Shown here: positions 21,065 through 31,574 of the stretch, piece by piece
How positions within the stretch are numbered: the first letter of the stretch is position 1
Layout: every line of letters starts with the position of its first letter
Translations under genes and position numbers: made by a program
DNA from: Corallochytrium limacisporum Hawaii
Lineage: Eukaryota > Protista > Pluriformea
Direction: 5' to 3'
Assembly: GCA_002811645.1 (NCBI GenBank)
Contig: PDIP01000087.1
Span: forward strand, 62,001-126,000
DNA: 64,000 bases
Notes under the pieces: model-generated
The model's input: only the letters and a program-made list of their open reading frames with translations
Told to the model about the DNA's origin: nothing
Database searches by the model: none

Positions 21065-23842
21065 ATGAGCAGAACCTCGCTTGGCAAGGGAAGGCCACAA
21101 GGAACCCTTGCCATGCAAGGTGACTCGGTCCTTGATTTCATTTTCGTCGGGAAGGTGTTCACTGAATACCGGATTTGTCGAAAAGAAGAGGTGTCATGCA
21201 ATTCGGCGGTAGCGGCCATCGCTAGTGATGGTGCTGCTCCCTGTATGTTTGTGGAGCGTACATTAGAATATGCGGGACGGATTACGTTTAACCCCGTACC
21301 AGCCACCGCTCACTCGCGCCGCCTCAATCGCACAGCCTTTTTGAATTACGTGAAGGCTCGTGTTGGTTCCTCACAAGGTGCTTTGGAATATGACGCGGCA
21401 GATGCGACCTACAACCTCGCAAATCTGCTACAGATCATTCTGCTGGACGAGGTACGGAAGGATGCGGACCGGAAGAATGAGTTTGCGTTCTATCTGACTG
21501 TGAATATCCAGCGCTCCGGCACAGACTCGACTCGACAAAGCACTGGTCTACACAAATCATTGGAAGCTCTTAGTTTTGAAGAATGGGATGACGGTGTTCT
21601 GTCGGATTCTATGGAACCGGTCACCCCAATGACTCCAAACCTTGCGAATCCTATGATTTCAGTGATTGGTGCTGATGAGGAAAAGGCGGCAGCAGCCAAG
21701 AGAAAGATTGCGGCCGCTGCAATCGGTGCCAAAGATGTCGCTCACTCTCAGAGTCTGCTCTCGAGGAATTCCGTATCGACGGCATCGGAAACGGACACCA
21801 TAGCGCCCCTCCCAATTGGCGAAGCTGGAAGTGCTGCAGCCAAAGTTTCTGCTGCGGCCCCTGCCCAGCTCGAGGCAGACAAGCGTCAATCTTCCACGCA
21901 GAGCGCAAGGCATCACTCCGCGCCTGTTATGCCATCACCGGACGTTGCACGAAGTGGCAAGAACGTGGCAAACGGTCTCTCATCTTCCTCTGAAGTACCG
22001 AAGAGGCCCATGACTCCGTTTGGCATGGCGCTCTCTGAGTTTCATCACACAGAGCGAACCTTCCTGCAGGGCTTGGACGTGCTCTACACCGGCTACTACA
22101 TTCCCTTCAAGGAAAACATGGGCGAGAAGGAGGCAGATCGCTTAATTGGGAATGTTCCGGAGGTGCGCTCGCTGCACCGCATGATTTTGTCGGGTGTGGC
22201 TGGTATATTGGCTGTGTACGAGAACTCTAGCGATGTCGAGAAAACTGTAGAAGCGATTGCTTGTCTCTTCTTAGATATGCGCACGAAATTTAGCGTCCAA
22301 ATTGACTACATTACTGGCCAAGATCAAGCATTCAAGGCCCGTCGCACCCTCCTTCAGAAGGATGAATCCATGCGACGGTTCATGCAGCAGTGTCAGCGAG
22401 ATAGTGGTAGTCCATTCTACGTCGATGATCTGATGAACTCGGTGTTTCAGCGCATCACTCGTTACCCTTTGCTGTGTGAGCAACTGTTCAAGGGCTGTAA
22501 GCACTCAGGCAACGTAGCTAGCCAGGCCATCCTTGGCTTGCTGACCCGCTTCTTCCAGACAATCATTCGACACATTAACGAGATCAAGCGCGACCAGGAA
22601 CTCCAAGAGATTGCTCGTTTTGCCTATGTCCTCGATGAACGCAGTCGAAGCGCGGCCAAGGGTTTGGGGAACGTACTAACGGGACAGGTAGCAAATCTAG
22701 CCACCCAGGGACTGAGCACAGATTACTACGGCAAGATCCTGTTCGAGGATGAACTACTATGCTACCTACCAGACAAGCAGAAGTTCAAACCCTACCATGT
22801 CATCGTGTTTGAGGATGTTGTATTCATTGTCACCATCGACCAAGTCAACCCGAGTGTTGCCAAGCGGATCTTCCTCAAGGACCATTGCATGCGCAGGATT
22901 AGTGCCCAGCAGCTTCGCCTTGAGAAGCCTGATCTTTACGCTCTGTGCGTCCGGGATGGATCCAAAGAGAAGCGGCTGTCCGGCGGCCGCATCGCCTTCT
23001 CTGCCATCATTGTGCCGCTGTTGGACAGTGCAAGTGCTGCCGGCCTTCGTGACGCCCTGCGAACTGCTGTGGCCTGTGGCCGCAACAGGTCTTTCCTCGA
23101 CGCCGAGGATGCCACCAAAGGACACCAACTAGCCACCTACACCTTCCCACCGCTCATGGTCTGTGATGTCTGCGACCGAGAGATGCTCGGGGGCAATGGC
23201 CAGGGAGTCAGGTGCCGCCGTTGCCTTCTGCAGTGTCACACCTCGTGCTTTGCCGCCGTCCATGGTGACACGGCAACTACACGTATCGACTTGAACTGCG
23301 ATTCCACCGAAGTACTGGTCAGTCGCGAACGCAAGGCACAGGCCATCCAGGGTATGCATTTTCTCAATGCCGACACGGCGGCTCTATTGCATTCGGTGCG
23401 GATGGCACAATTGCACGCTGCCGAGGACAGCCACGCCTACCGTCAGTACCGCAGCAATAGCACCGGAGAGGCAATTCAGGCACGGCAAAATCTTCAGCAA
23501 ATCTCCAGTGTCCTACGTCCAGGTGATTTGCACGCAACCAATTGTGCGACCAGTGAATGGCAGCTTGATGATGCCGCAGTGGAGGGAACAAAGGTTGAGA
23601 AGAGCTTGAAAAGTGTCAAGAAATGGATCAAGTATGGTGGAAAGGTCAGGCGGTCCCACTCTAGTGAGAATCTAGATCAATTACTACGCTTCAGTGTGAA
23701 CAGTGGCAACCAGAGCTTCTTTTCGGGCCCGTCCGCAAATGACAGGCAAGACAGTGGGACAAACAGTGGCAATAGCTCTCCAAAAGTCGGACGGCGACGT
23801 CAATTCACAATCAGTTTCGGCTCCAAGATTGGGATGCCTTGA
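21065..23842 (+). CDS. Vav-like RhoGEF (degenerate CH - DH - PH - C1), lacking SH3/SH2
   Basis: DH domain (EFHHTERTFLQGL; FQRITRYPLL; HINEIKRD), PH domain (YGKILFEDEL) and C1 domain (HQL...CDVC...GQGVRCRRC...HTSC...C). The N-terminus is CH-like (SDGAAPC...LNRTAFL). Confidence 0.75.
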   Translation: MSRTSLGKGRPQGTLAMQGDSVLDFIFVGKVFTEYRICRKEEVSCNSAVAAIASDGAAPCMFVERTLEYAGRITFNPVPATAHSRRLNRTAFLNYVKARVGSSQGALEYDAADATYNLANLLQIILLDEVRKDADRKNEFAFYLTVNIQRSGTDSTRQSTGLHKSLEALSFEEWDDGVLSDSMEPVTPMTPNLANPMISVIGADEEKAAAAKRKIAAAAIGAKDVAHSQSLLSRNSVSTASETDTIAPLPIGEAGSAAAKVSAAAPAQLEADKRQSSTQSARHHSAPVMPSPDVARSGKNVANGLSSSSEVPKRPMTPFGMALSEFHHTERTFLQGLDVLYTGYYIPFKENMGEKEADRLIGNVPEVRSLHRMILSGVAGILAVYENSSDVEKTVEAIACLFLDMRTKFSVQIDYITGQDQAFKARRTLLQKDESMRRFMQQCQRDSGSPFYVDDLMNSVFQRITRYPLLCEQLFKGCKHSGNVASQAILGLLTRFFQTIIRHINEIKRDQELQEIARFAYVLDERSRSAAKGLGNVLTGQVANLATQGLSTDYYGKILFEDELLCYLPDKQKFKPYHVIVFEDVVFIVTIDQVNPSVAKRIFLKDHCMRRISAQQLRLEKPDLYALCVRDGSKEKRLSGGRIAFSAIIVPLLDSASAAGLRDALRTAVACGRNRSFLDAEDATKGHQLATYTFPPLMVCDVCDREMLGGNGQGVRCRRCLLQCHTSCFAAVHGDTATTRIDLNCDSTEVLVSRERKAQAIQGMHFLNADTAALLHSVRMAQLHAAEDSHAYRQYRSNSTGEAIQARQNLQQISSVLRPGDLHATNCATSEWQLDDAAVEGTKVEKSLKSVKKWIKYGGKVRRSHSSENLDQLLRFSVNSGNQSFFSGPSANDRQDSGTNSGNSSPKVGRRRQFTISFGSKIGMP

Positions 23843-24314
23843 GAAGGGCATCCAATTCCCACTGCCATCGGATGCGCATGAACACTGTGTGCATTCCGAA
23901 CCCAACTGCAAATAGTTAACTGTAGTATTTTTCATTGTCTGTAATCATAGTTAAAGTTATATACATACACTCCCCATACTGTTCATATCTATACGATAGG
24001 TAAATCAAACGTGTTGGTGTGAGTGTACTGGGCGGGTCTGTCCCCCCCCCTGCTTTCCCTGTGCGGTTCCGTGACTCAATTTGCTAGCTGAAGTCAACAA
24101 AGTCGAGTGCGCCGGGTCTTTTCTCCCTTGGCCAAAGTGCACATGCCAAAGAGTGAGCCGTTCGTGCGCAGGTTTACAAAGGCCAGTCTCAGTTACCTAT
24201 GACAGACAGTTAGTTCGTATAGCTCCAGAAAGCGAAAGAGCGTCCATTGTATTGGTATGAATCAAACCAAATGTAGACAGAAAGAGAGTACAGACGTAGG
24301 CAGACGCAGACAAG

Positions 24315-26645
24315 ATGTTAATAGGACGAGCGAGTACCAGGACGGGCCTGGCGCCACTGGCACACCGTGCCATGACGAATCGGCCGTTTCGGCCTACATG
24401 TACTCACTACTTTTCCACCTCACACAAAAAGAGACATGAACCCAACTTACCACTTAGCAATGACACCATATCCCACATTCGTAACATTGGCATCATGGCA
24501 CACATTGACGCAGGCAAGACGACGTTGACGGAGCGTTTGCTGTTTTACTCGGGTACAGTTGACAATGTTGGAGAAGTACACGATGGTAACACCATCACCG
24601 ATTACATGGAACAGGAACGGGAACGGGGCATTACTATTACCTCTGCTGCCGTATCCTTTCCCTGGAGAGACTCACGGATCAACTTGATCGACACTCCAGG
24701 CCATGTTGATTTTACATTCGAGGTTGAGAGAAGCCTGCGCGTCCTGGATGGTGCGGTGGCCGTCTATGATGGTGTCGCCGGTGTTGAGGCCCAGAGCCAT
24801 ACTGTTTGGAGGCAGGCCAATCGCTACAGACTGCCACGCCTGGTCTTCGTGAACAAAATGGACCGTGTCGGTGCAGATTTTGGCAAATGTGTCCGAGAGA
24901 TTCGGGAGAAATTGCAAGGTAATCCATTAGTTTGCACGTACCCACTGAATGAAGGTGATCATTTCAAGGAGATTATGGATGTAGTAAACCTGCAGAAGCT
25001 GACATATACGAATGACGGCGATGGCAAGGAGTTTGCAGTCACAAACTTTGCAACTCTAGGACGAAGCGACCCAAAGCTTGCAGAGGGGCTTTTGGTGCGC
25101 CGTGAGGAATTATGTGAGGCATTAGCAGACGCTGACTCAGCTTTTGCTGAGACTTGGCTGGATGTTGACGGCAGTCCATTGATGATCGACACCGAGGTAA
25201 TCAAAGAGTCACTACGCAAGACCACTCGTCTCGGGCGTGTGCAACCAACCTTTGCCGGCAGCGCGTACAAGAACAAAGGAGTGCAGCCCCTGCTGGATGC
25301 TGTGGTAGATTTTCTGCCACCGCCCCACTTCTCAATTGACCACAGCAGTGTTAGGGGAGGCAAGAATGCTGGAAAGCACGTTCCTGTGGCACAGCAGCCA
25401 TTGCATGCTTACGTCTTCAAGCTTATTCACAGTCCACAACGAGGCCCCTTGGCCTTCATCCGCATCTATTCGGGAACTATTAAGGCAGGTATGCAGCTGT
25501 GGAATGTGAATCATCGTTTGGAGGATCGTGTCATCAATCTGTTGGAACCGTTCGCGGATGAACTGCGCCTGATCAAGAGCAGCACTGCCGGTCATATTGT
25601 GGTCGGAGTTGGCATCAAGGGTGCCAATACGGGAGACACTCTGGTAGATGCAAATGCAGCCAAGGGAAGCGCCGTCGAGGAACTGCCCGTGGTGCGTCCG
25701 CCGCCTCCCGTTTTCATTTGCACCATCGAACCGGAACGCAGCAGCGATGTTGAAGACCTGAAAGAGGCATTGATCAAGCTTCAGCGAGAGGATCCATCTT
25801 TCCACGTCGATTTCGAGGCGTCTGGTGCTATTGAGTTGAAAGGAATGGGTGAGCTACATCTCGAGATCCTTAGGGACCGCATCGAACGCGAGTATAACAT
25901 TCAGACAGAACTGGGAAGCATTGAAGTGAGCTACAAGGAGCGACCCCTCACAAACGCAAACGTGAGCTTTGAATTAGATCGTCTCATTGGTGGCCGGCAG
26001 TGTCGGGGCGCCATCGAGCTTACTATCAAGCGGCGGGAGGTGGGTGATGAACTCGGGGCCAATGAAGAGGAAGACTCACCAAAGAAGAAAGCACTGGCGC
26101 CTGTTGTTCTCGACTTGGACACCAAACCACTGATGAAGCGAGGTCTCAGCATGAGTGAGACCGTGCGTTTGTTGAACGAAGGCTTTGAAAATGCGTGTCT
26201 CTCTGGACCAGATATGGGCTTCCCAATCGTTGATACCTCCGTACATGTCAAGGGACTGGAGCTGCACCGGGACAGCCCACCCGCAACAGTAACATATCTT
26301 GCGCGTGATGCAATCACCGAGGCCATTCGGAGAGCCGGTAGTGAGACGCTGGAGCCTGTGATGTCTCTGGAAATGAGCATGGACCCAACCTACCTCGGAG
26401 ACGTCCTCACGGATCTGACCAGCCAGCGTGAAGGCGAGGTCAAGGAGATGCAGGAAGGTACGGGACAAATGCGGCAACTCAGGGCACTAGTTCCTCTTAA
26501 GAATATGATTGGGTACTCCACGGTATTTAGAGCCCTGAGTAAGGGCCACGGATCCTACACTATGGAATTCCATTCGTACCGCCAGCTCTCACAGGCCCAA
26601 AAGGAAGCACTTCGCACCGAATACGGAGGCCTGGGTACCTTTTGA
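24315..26645 (+). CDS. GFM2: Mitochondrial elongation factor G2 / ribosome-releasing factor 2
   Basis: Mitochondrial-type presequence, then RNIGIMAHIDAGKTT, ERERGITITSA, DTPGHVDF, NKMD, GSAYKNKGVQPLLDAV and GMGELHLEI. Confidence 0.9.
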   Translation: MLIGRASTRTGLAPLAHRAMTNRPFRPTCTHYFSTSHKKRHEPNLPLSNDTISHIRNIGIMAHIDAGKTTLTERLLFYSGTVDNVGEVHDGNTITDYMEQERERGITITSAAVSFPWRDSRINLIDTPGHVDFTFEVERSLRVLDGAVAVYDGVAGVEAQSHTVWRQANRYRLPRLVFVNKMDRVGADFGKCVREIREKLQGNPLVCTYPLNEGDHFKEIMDVVNLQKLTYTNDGDGKEFAVTNFATLGRSDPKLAEGLLVRREELCEALADADSAFAETWLDVDGSPLMIDTEVIKESLRKTTRLGRVQPTFAGSAYKNKGVQPLLDAVVDFLPPPHFSIDHSSVRGGKNAGKHVPVAQQPLHAYVFKLIHSPQRGPLAFIRIYSGTIKAGMQLWNVNHRLEDRVINLLEPFADELRLIKSSTAGHIVVGVGIKGANTGDTLVDANAAKGSAVEELPVVRPPPPVFICTIEPERSSDVEDLKEALIKLQREDPSFHVDFEASGAIELKGMGELHLEILRDRIEREYNIQTELGSIEVSYKERPLTNANVSFELDRLIGGRQCRGAIELTIKRREVGDELGANEEEDSPKKKALAPVVLDLDTKPLMKRGLSMSETVRLLNEGFENACLSGPDMGFPIVDTSVHVKGLELHRDSPPATVTYLARDAITEAIRRAGSETLEPVMSLEMSMDPTYLGDVLTDLTSQREGEVKEMQEGTGQMRQLRALVPLKNMIGYSTVFRALSKGHGSYTMEFHSYRQLSQAQKEALRTEYGGLGTF

Positions 26646-26848
26646 GTATAGAGAGACACAAAAGAGACCCGACAGCTGGGAACATATGGTAGGGCGGATG
26701 TAGACTTATATAGCAATACACTTACGATAGCGATGAAGATGACGACGACCACGACAATAATGGTGATGATGATTTCTGACTTTGCCATTGGATAGAACGA
26801 TGAATTTGGCTCGAAGGAGCCAGACCTTGCTGTCTTTCTCTGCCTCGT

Positions 26849-27541
26849 TCACGGGATCTTGTCTATTTGTTCCTTCACATACAAGGCATTCAATGACGTA
26901 CAGAGCTTCGCTGTCACATCCGCCAATTGATCCATTAGAGTCCTCATCTCTTCTTCTGGGAGGTTTACATGCTTTACAATGGTCCCGCGGTACGGTAGTG
27001 CGTGCATTGCCACACCAACCGCCTTACGTGTCAGCCATGGGTGGTGTTTGCTCAGAGTGTCACCGTAAGACTTCTGTGCTGGATGCACAAGACTCTCCTG
27101 GTCGTGGTCCGCGATGCCTCGGACGAACGCGGAGATGAATTCCAGTGCACGGACCAGTCGCAGGAAATTACGGCTTGCCCGGGGTCCGTTGCTGCCTTTG
27201 AAATCTAGCTGCCCAGTCTTGCGGTCATAGTCTATCATGTCCTGTACTGAGAGATCCTCGGCACTCGGCATACTGTCATTCTGACCCATGTGCTCATAGA
27301 CCGAATTCAGCTTCGAGTGAATGTCCGAGGTCACAAAACTGAATCCTGTGCCACATAGTTTGAAGAAGAGGGATACCTGTTCGTATGATCTGCAATACAC
27401 CACAAGATTGACCTTGGAGCAGTCAATTTCGCCCTCTGTGAGTGAGTCCTCGTAGCAGCTAACAAACCTTTCGCAAGTGGTCTTTAGATCAAAATTCCCC
27501 GTGCGTAGGGCTTTCAGCTCGGACACTAATGCGTCTGTCAT
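26849..27541 (-). CDS. CPTP: GLTP-fold lipid transfer protein (ceramide-1-phosphate transfer protein CPTP/ACD11-like)
   Basis: GTGFSFVTSDIHSK, SRNFLRLVRALEF and YGDTLSKHHPWLTRKAV..AMHALP. Confidence 0.8.
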   Translation of the reverse strand: MTDALVSELKALRTGNFDLKTTCERFVSCYEDSLTEGEIDCSKVNLVVYCRSYEQVSLFFKLCGTGFSFVTSDIHSKLNSVYEHMGQNDSMPSAEDLSVQDMIDYDRKTGQLDFKGSNGPRASRNFLRLVRALEFISAFVRGIADHDQESLVHPAQKSYGDTLSKHHPWLTRKAVGVAMHALPYRGTIVKHVNLPEEEMRTLMDQLADVTAKLCTSLNALYVKEQIDKIP

Positions 27542-28630
27542 GTTTCTCTATGTATGTTCTGGTGTGTCCGTGCATCGATTCATTCTGGGACTTTCATTTT
27601 GGACGATGTGTCCAATAGGTACCCTCAACCAGCCTCACTTGTACCCTTCCCCCCGGCCCTCTCTCGGGGCTGATGAAAGAGGGGCGGGCTTGGCAGGGCT
27701 AAAGAGGCAAAACAGTTGGGGCTGAGGCCGTCTGGACTGCATCTGATGCCTTTTTGTAGTTTGCACTAGGCCTGTAACTCATATTCAAATTGCTAACCAA
27801 GCCAAAAACAATTCAAGGCGTATTTATTACGACGGGTGCCAGATGAATTAATTATGCCTTGCGTGTCGATTTCGTGTGTGTATGAACAATTTACTACAGG
27901 TGCACTGAATAATTTCAGAGCTTCAGAATGCCCTGTGAATGCTTTCAGAATATGAATGTCTCAAGGAAATCTGTTACTGTTGTGATCCATAGAATCTTGT
28001 GCCGCAAAGCACTAAGAATCGGGCGATTAAGCTCCAGAATGCTGGTGCCAATATGCCTTGTTGGTCTTCGAAAATTCAATACCAGATTTCTCCGCATCAA
28101 ACAATTCAATTCGTATTGCTGCAATCCCTAGCTATTGTATTCGTAATTGAATGATATTAGGAGTGGTTGTATGTGATCTCATTCAATTCTTAAAAACAAA
28201 GTGGAGAAAGAAACAAGCAATGAGAACTGAGAAATATAGGATAATGTGTCTCTGCATTGCCAATGGGAAGAAATCGTAGTAAGCAGTTCGTCGAACGCGG
28301 GTTAATTTTTGAAGTTCAAAGAATCAAGACCCGTAGCCACGGGAAAGGATATCAATAGCAAAAGAGCTTACTGAATTTGCCTGTCTCCTCCTTCACGTCG
28401 AAAAACAAAAAAAAAAATTGAGGGATATCAAATAGATTATCGTTTCTTTGTAGTGACATCTCTAGTTCTTGCAGCCCTCGTGATGGTAACAAAGAGATTA
28501 CTAAATCCGCATACCAAGAGAAGGGTCCCTTTTTTTCCCGCGCCGGTTCCAGGTAGGAGGTCCTTCTCCGGTACTGCGCAGTCGCCCGGAGTGGCTGAAA
28601 CGGCGGGGTGGGCACGAGTGGGTGGGCAGG

Positions 28631-28639
28631 TATATAAAA
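28631..28639 (+). promoter_or_regulatory. TATA box (TATATAAAA) of the nitrile hydratase gene
   Basis: Consensus TATA about 90 nt upstream of the ATG at 28724, preceded by GC-rich boxes. Confidence 0.5.
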
Positions 28640-28723
28640 CACTGGGTGTCACAGGGAAGCACCAACATGTGCGTCTCCTCATGTCTTGACTATTGTAGCA
28701 CACAACAGTCGTCACAAAGCATA

Positions 28724-30238
28724 ATGGTAACAACCACCCGGATCGGCGTGCTAGGCCAGCACGATGTTGGTGGAAATGTTAAGAAACTTGAAGATCCGCA
28801 GGGTGAGGAAGAGGATCTAAAGGAACTTATTGAATTTGCTGCCAGTCATGAGTACTCCGACTGGGAGAAACGCATGCATGCCCTCGTTGTATGCCTTGGT
28901 TTGAAAAAGATCATGAATTGGAGTCAATTTCGCCGCACTATTGAAGGTCTTCATCCCGATGTCTACAACCGGGTCACGTATTACGAGAAATGGGCTGCAG
29001 CGGCATCCAATATTCTCACAGAGCGGGGACTGCTCACTCAAGAAGAGATCAACGAAAGTCTTGGACCACTATCCGAGGTAGCGGCGGTAGCAACAGGCGA
29101 GAAACCGCAGTTTGAAGTCGGGGATAAGGTCGTGGTCCGCAGGGAAGACTTCCGCACCCGCTGGCGTCGGCCCCATGCGCGCACCCCGGGATATATCTTT
29201 GGCTGTTCCGGCGTGATTGAGCGGTACTGCGGTGCCTTCAATGATCCCCAGGCGGAGTGGTTTGGAGTTAAGGGTGCGATGCCTTGCTACCGCGTCCGTT
29301 TTTCCATGAAAGACATTTGGACCCCACCAGGCGTGCAGACGGATACGAATGAGAACGACACTATTGATGTGGAAATCTTTCAGAATTGGCTCATCCCTGC
29401 CGCCAAAGCAGGATCCGAGAAGGCTATAGACAGCGTGCAAATGAAACCTGAGGATAGCACTGAGTTTGTGACGGAAGGGACTCATACCCACGGACACAAG
29501 GACCACGGAGACCACGTACATGAGGCCCGGGCGCAGGTGGAGACCACTGCGCTCGACCGTGAGACTGGGCACGGCAAGGCTATGGATCGTCCCTTGGCTC
29601 TGTTGGCCCAGCGCCTACTAACCCTTTGCGATCAGCATGGTATTGTCACTGCGGCAGATATTGCAGAAGCATTGGAAAATGTGAGCAATGCCGGAGAGAA
29701 GACCAACAGTCGCCTGTTAGTGGTCAGGGCCTGGACCGATCCCGAATTTAAGGCTTTGCTGTTGAGGGATCCACTGCAGGCGTGCAAGGACCTCAAGCTC
29801 GTCAAGCCGGACTTCGACCCGCACACCAGATTGACCTGTCTAGAGAGCACGAACGATGTGCACAACGTCGTCGTGTGTACTCTGTGTTCATGCTACCCGG
29901 TTTGGCTGTTGGGTATGTCTCCGTCGTGGTACAAGAGCCGGTCCTATCGAGCGCGCATTGTGCTGGAACCGCGCCGTGTGCTACGTGAACTGTTTGGAGT
30001 GACCATCCCTGCGGAAAAGAAGGTCAGGGTACACGATTCCACTGCTGAATTGCGGTACTTTGTGCTGCCACAGCGACCCGTAGGAACCGACGGTTGGACT
30101 GAGGAAGAGCTACTTAAAGTGGTCACCCGGGACAGTATGATAGGCACTGGGGTGTGCAGGGACCCAGCTACAATCTCAACTGCGGAGAACGACAAGGTAG
30201 GTGACCCTGCGTCCAAGAAGCAGAAGACTGACGGGTGA
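28724..30238 (+). CDS. Fused beta-alpha cobalt-type nitrile hydratase (eukaryotic single-chain NHase)
   Basis: Beta half: HDVGG, WEKR, YYEKW, FEVGDKV, HARTPGYIFG and DIW. His-rich linker THTHGHKDHGDHVHE. Alpha half: VVRAWTDPEFK, VCTLCSCYP, WYKSRSYR, VHDSTAELRY.VLPQRP.GT.GW and VTRDSMIG. Confidence 0.95.
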   Translation: MVTTTRIGVLGQHDVGGNVKKLEDPQGEEEDLKELIEFAASHEYSDWEKRMHALVVCLGLKKIMNWSQFRRTIEGLHPDVYNRVTYYEKWAAAASNILTERGLLTQEEINESLGPLSEVAAVATGEKPQFEVGDKVVVRREDFRTRWRRPHARTPGYIFGCSGVIERYCGAFNDPQAEWFGVKGAMPCYRVRFSMKDIWTPPGVQTDTNENDTIDVEIFQNWLIPAAKAGSEKAIDSVQMKPEDSTEFVTEGTHTHGHKDHGDHVHEARAQVETTALDRETGHGKAMDRPLALLAQRLLTLCDQHGIVTAADIAEALENVSNAGEKTNSRLLVVRAWTDPEFKALLLRDPLQACKDLKLVKPDFDPHTRLTCLESTNDVHNVVVCTLCSCYPVWLLGMSPSWYKSRSYRARIVLEPRRVLRELFGVTIPAEKKVRVHDSTAELRYFVLPQRPVGTDGWTEEELLKVVTRDSMIGTGVCRDPATISTAENDKVGDPASKKQKTDG

Positions 30239-30480
30239 AGGGCCGAATTCGACGAGCAAAGCCCTTGCTCTGGAGATTATAGATCGTCTGGTTTGCCAGT
30301 TCGTATTGATTTCGTGTTGTTTGTATTTAGTCAAAAAGATGGTATGCTGTGGGGAAAACATGTCTGTGTGTGTTTTGGAGTAAGACAGATCGAGGCTGCT
30401 TGCGGAAATCTATGCTGAAACGAGAAAAGATGGTTAAAAAAGCTAGAAAAAACTATCACAAGATATCAAGACACCACCGC

Positions 30481-31574
30481 CTATTTCTTGTCCTTCTTGG
30501 ACTTTTTCTCCTTCTTGTCCTTCTTGCTCTTCTTGGCCTTCTTCTCATCGCCGTCGTCGTCATCGTCTCGGCTGCGCTTCTTGTCCTTTTTGTCCTTCTT
30601 GGATTTCTTGCTCTTCTTTTCGCCTTCATCCGAGCCCTCATCGCCGTTCTTCATGATGACATCACCGTCGGCACTGAAAGATTTAACCTTAGCTGGTGTC
30701 TCGTACTTCTCTGCCCGAGCGACCTCTTTGCCCTGACCACTCAGACGCTTAATCTGCCGTCCTTCCAGTTCAGCCAGACGGGCTTCGACCTTGGCCTTGT
30801 TTTCAATACCAATGTCAGTATCAGTCTTCTCACCCAGGGCATCCACGCGGGCAGAAAGAGCGGTCTTGGCGGCAAGCACACGGCTGACCTTGCCCTTGTT
30901 CTTGGGTGCACTCTGACCCACCAAACTGGCGTGGTAGATAAGACCGTACTTGGGGGTCTCGTGCTTTGTCTTTAGAGCACGGAAAAGGGCCTTCTCAGCA
31001 CCCAAAATCTGGATGGTAGAGGCCGGCTGCTTGGCAAGGTTCAGCAGTGAACCCGCGTGGGCAATCAGGCGCGCGCCGACCAGTTCTCCGACCATGATGG
31101 TCAGGTTGGGTGCAATGGCATTCATACGATTACGCAGGTAGTCGTACAGCTGGGCACGGTATTCGGTGAGATCAATAACCTGGTCACAGAGATAATGAAT
31201 GTTCTCCAGATCCTCTTCAGAGATTTCAGATCCCATGGACGTTACTGCAGCCTCGATCACAGCATCTACGAGCTCTTCAGGCAGAATATCTGCCAGGTCG
31301 GTTGTGGCAGCGTTGGAGCACATGCCCATTTTCTTCACGGTGCGTGCAAACATGAGATTATCCGTCACAATCTTGCCCAGCTCAGGGAAATGCCATCCAT
31401 ACCATTCCCGTACCCGCATTGCATAGGTGTTGAGTTCCTTGTCGATGTCGTCAAGGAGACCAATAGCCTGAACAATCATAGTATCGACTTTGTCGGGGGA
31501 GAATTTGAGCTTATAGCGGCTAAGACTATGGGACAGACCGAGGGACATAGCCTTCAACTCATCATGACCAAGTC
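30481..31574 (-). CDS. NOP58: NOP58 exon 2 (box C/D snoRNP core protein)
   Basis: [45 protein letters not shown] and a KKD/E tail. The exon begins after the acceptor ...TTGTACAG. Confidence 0.95.
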
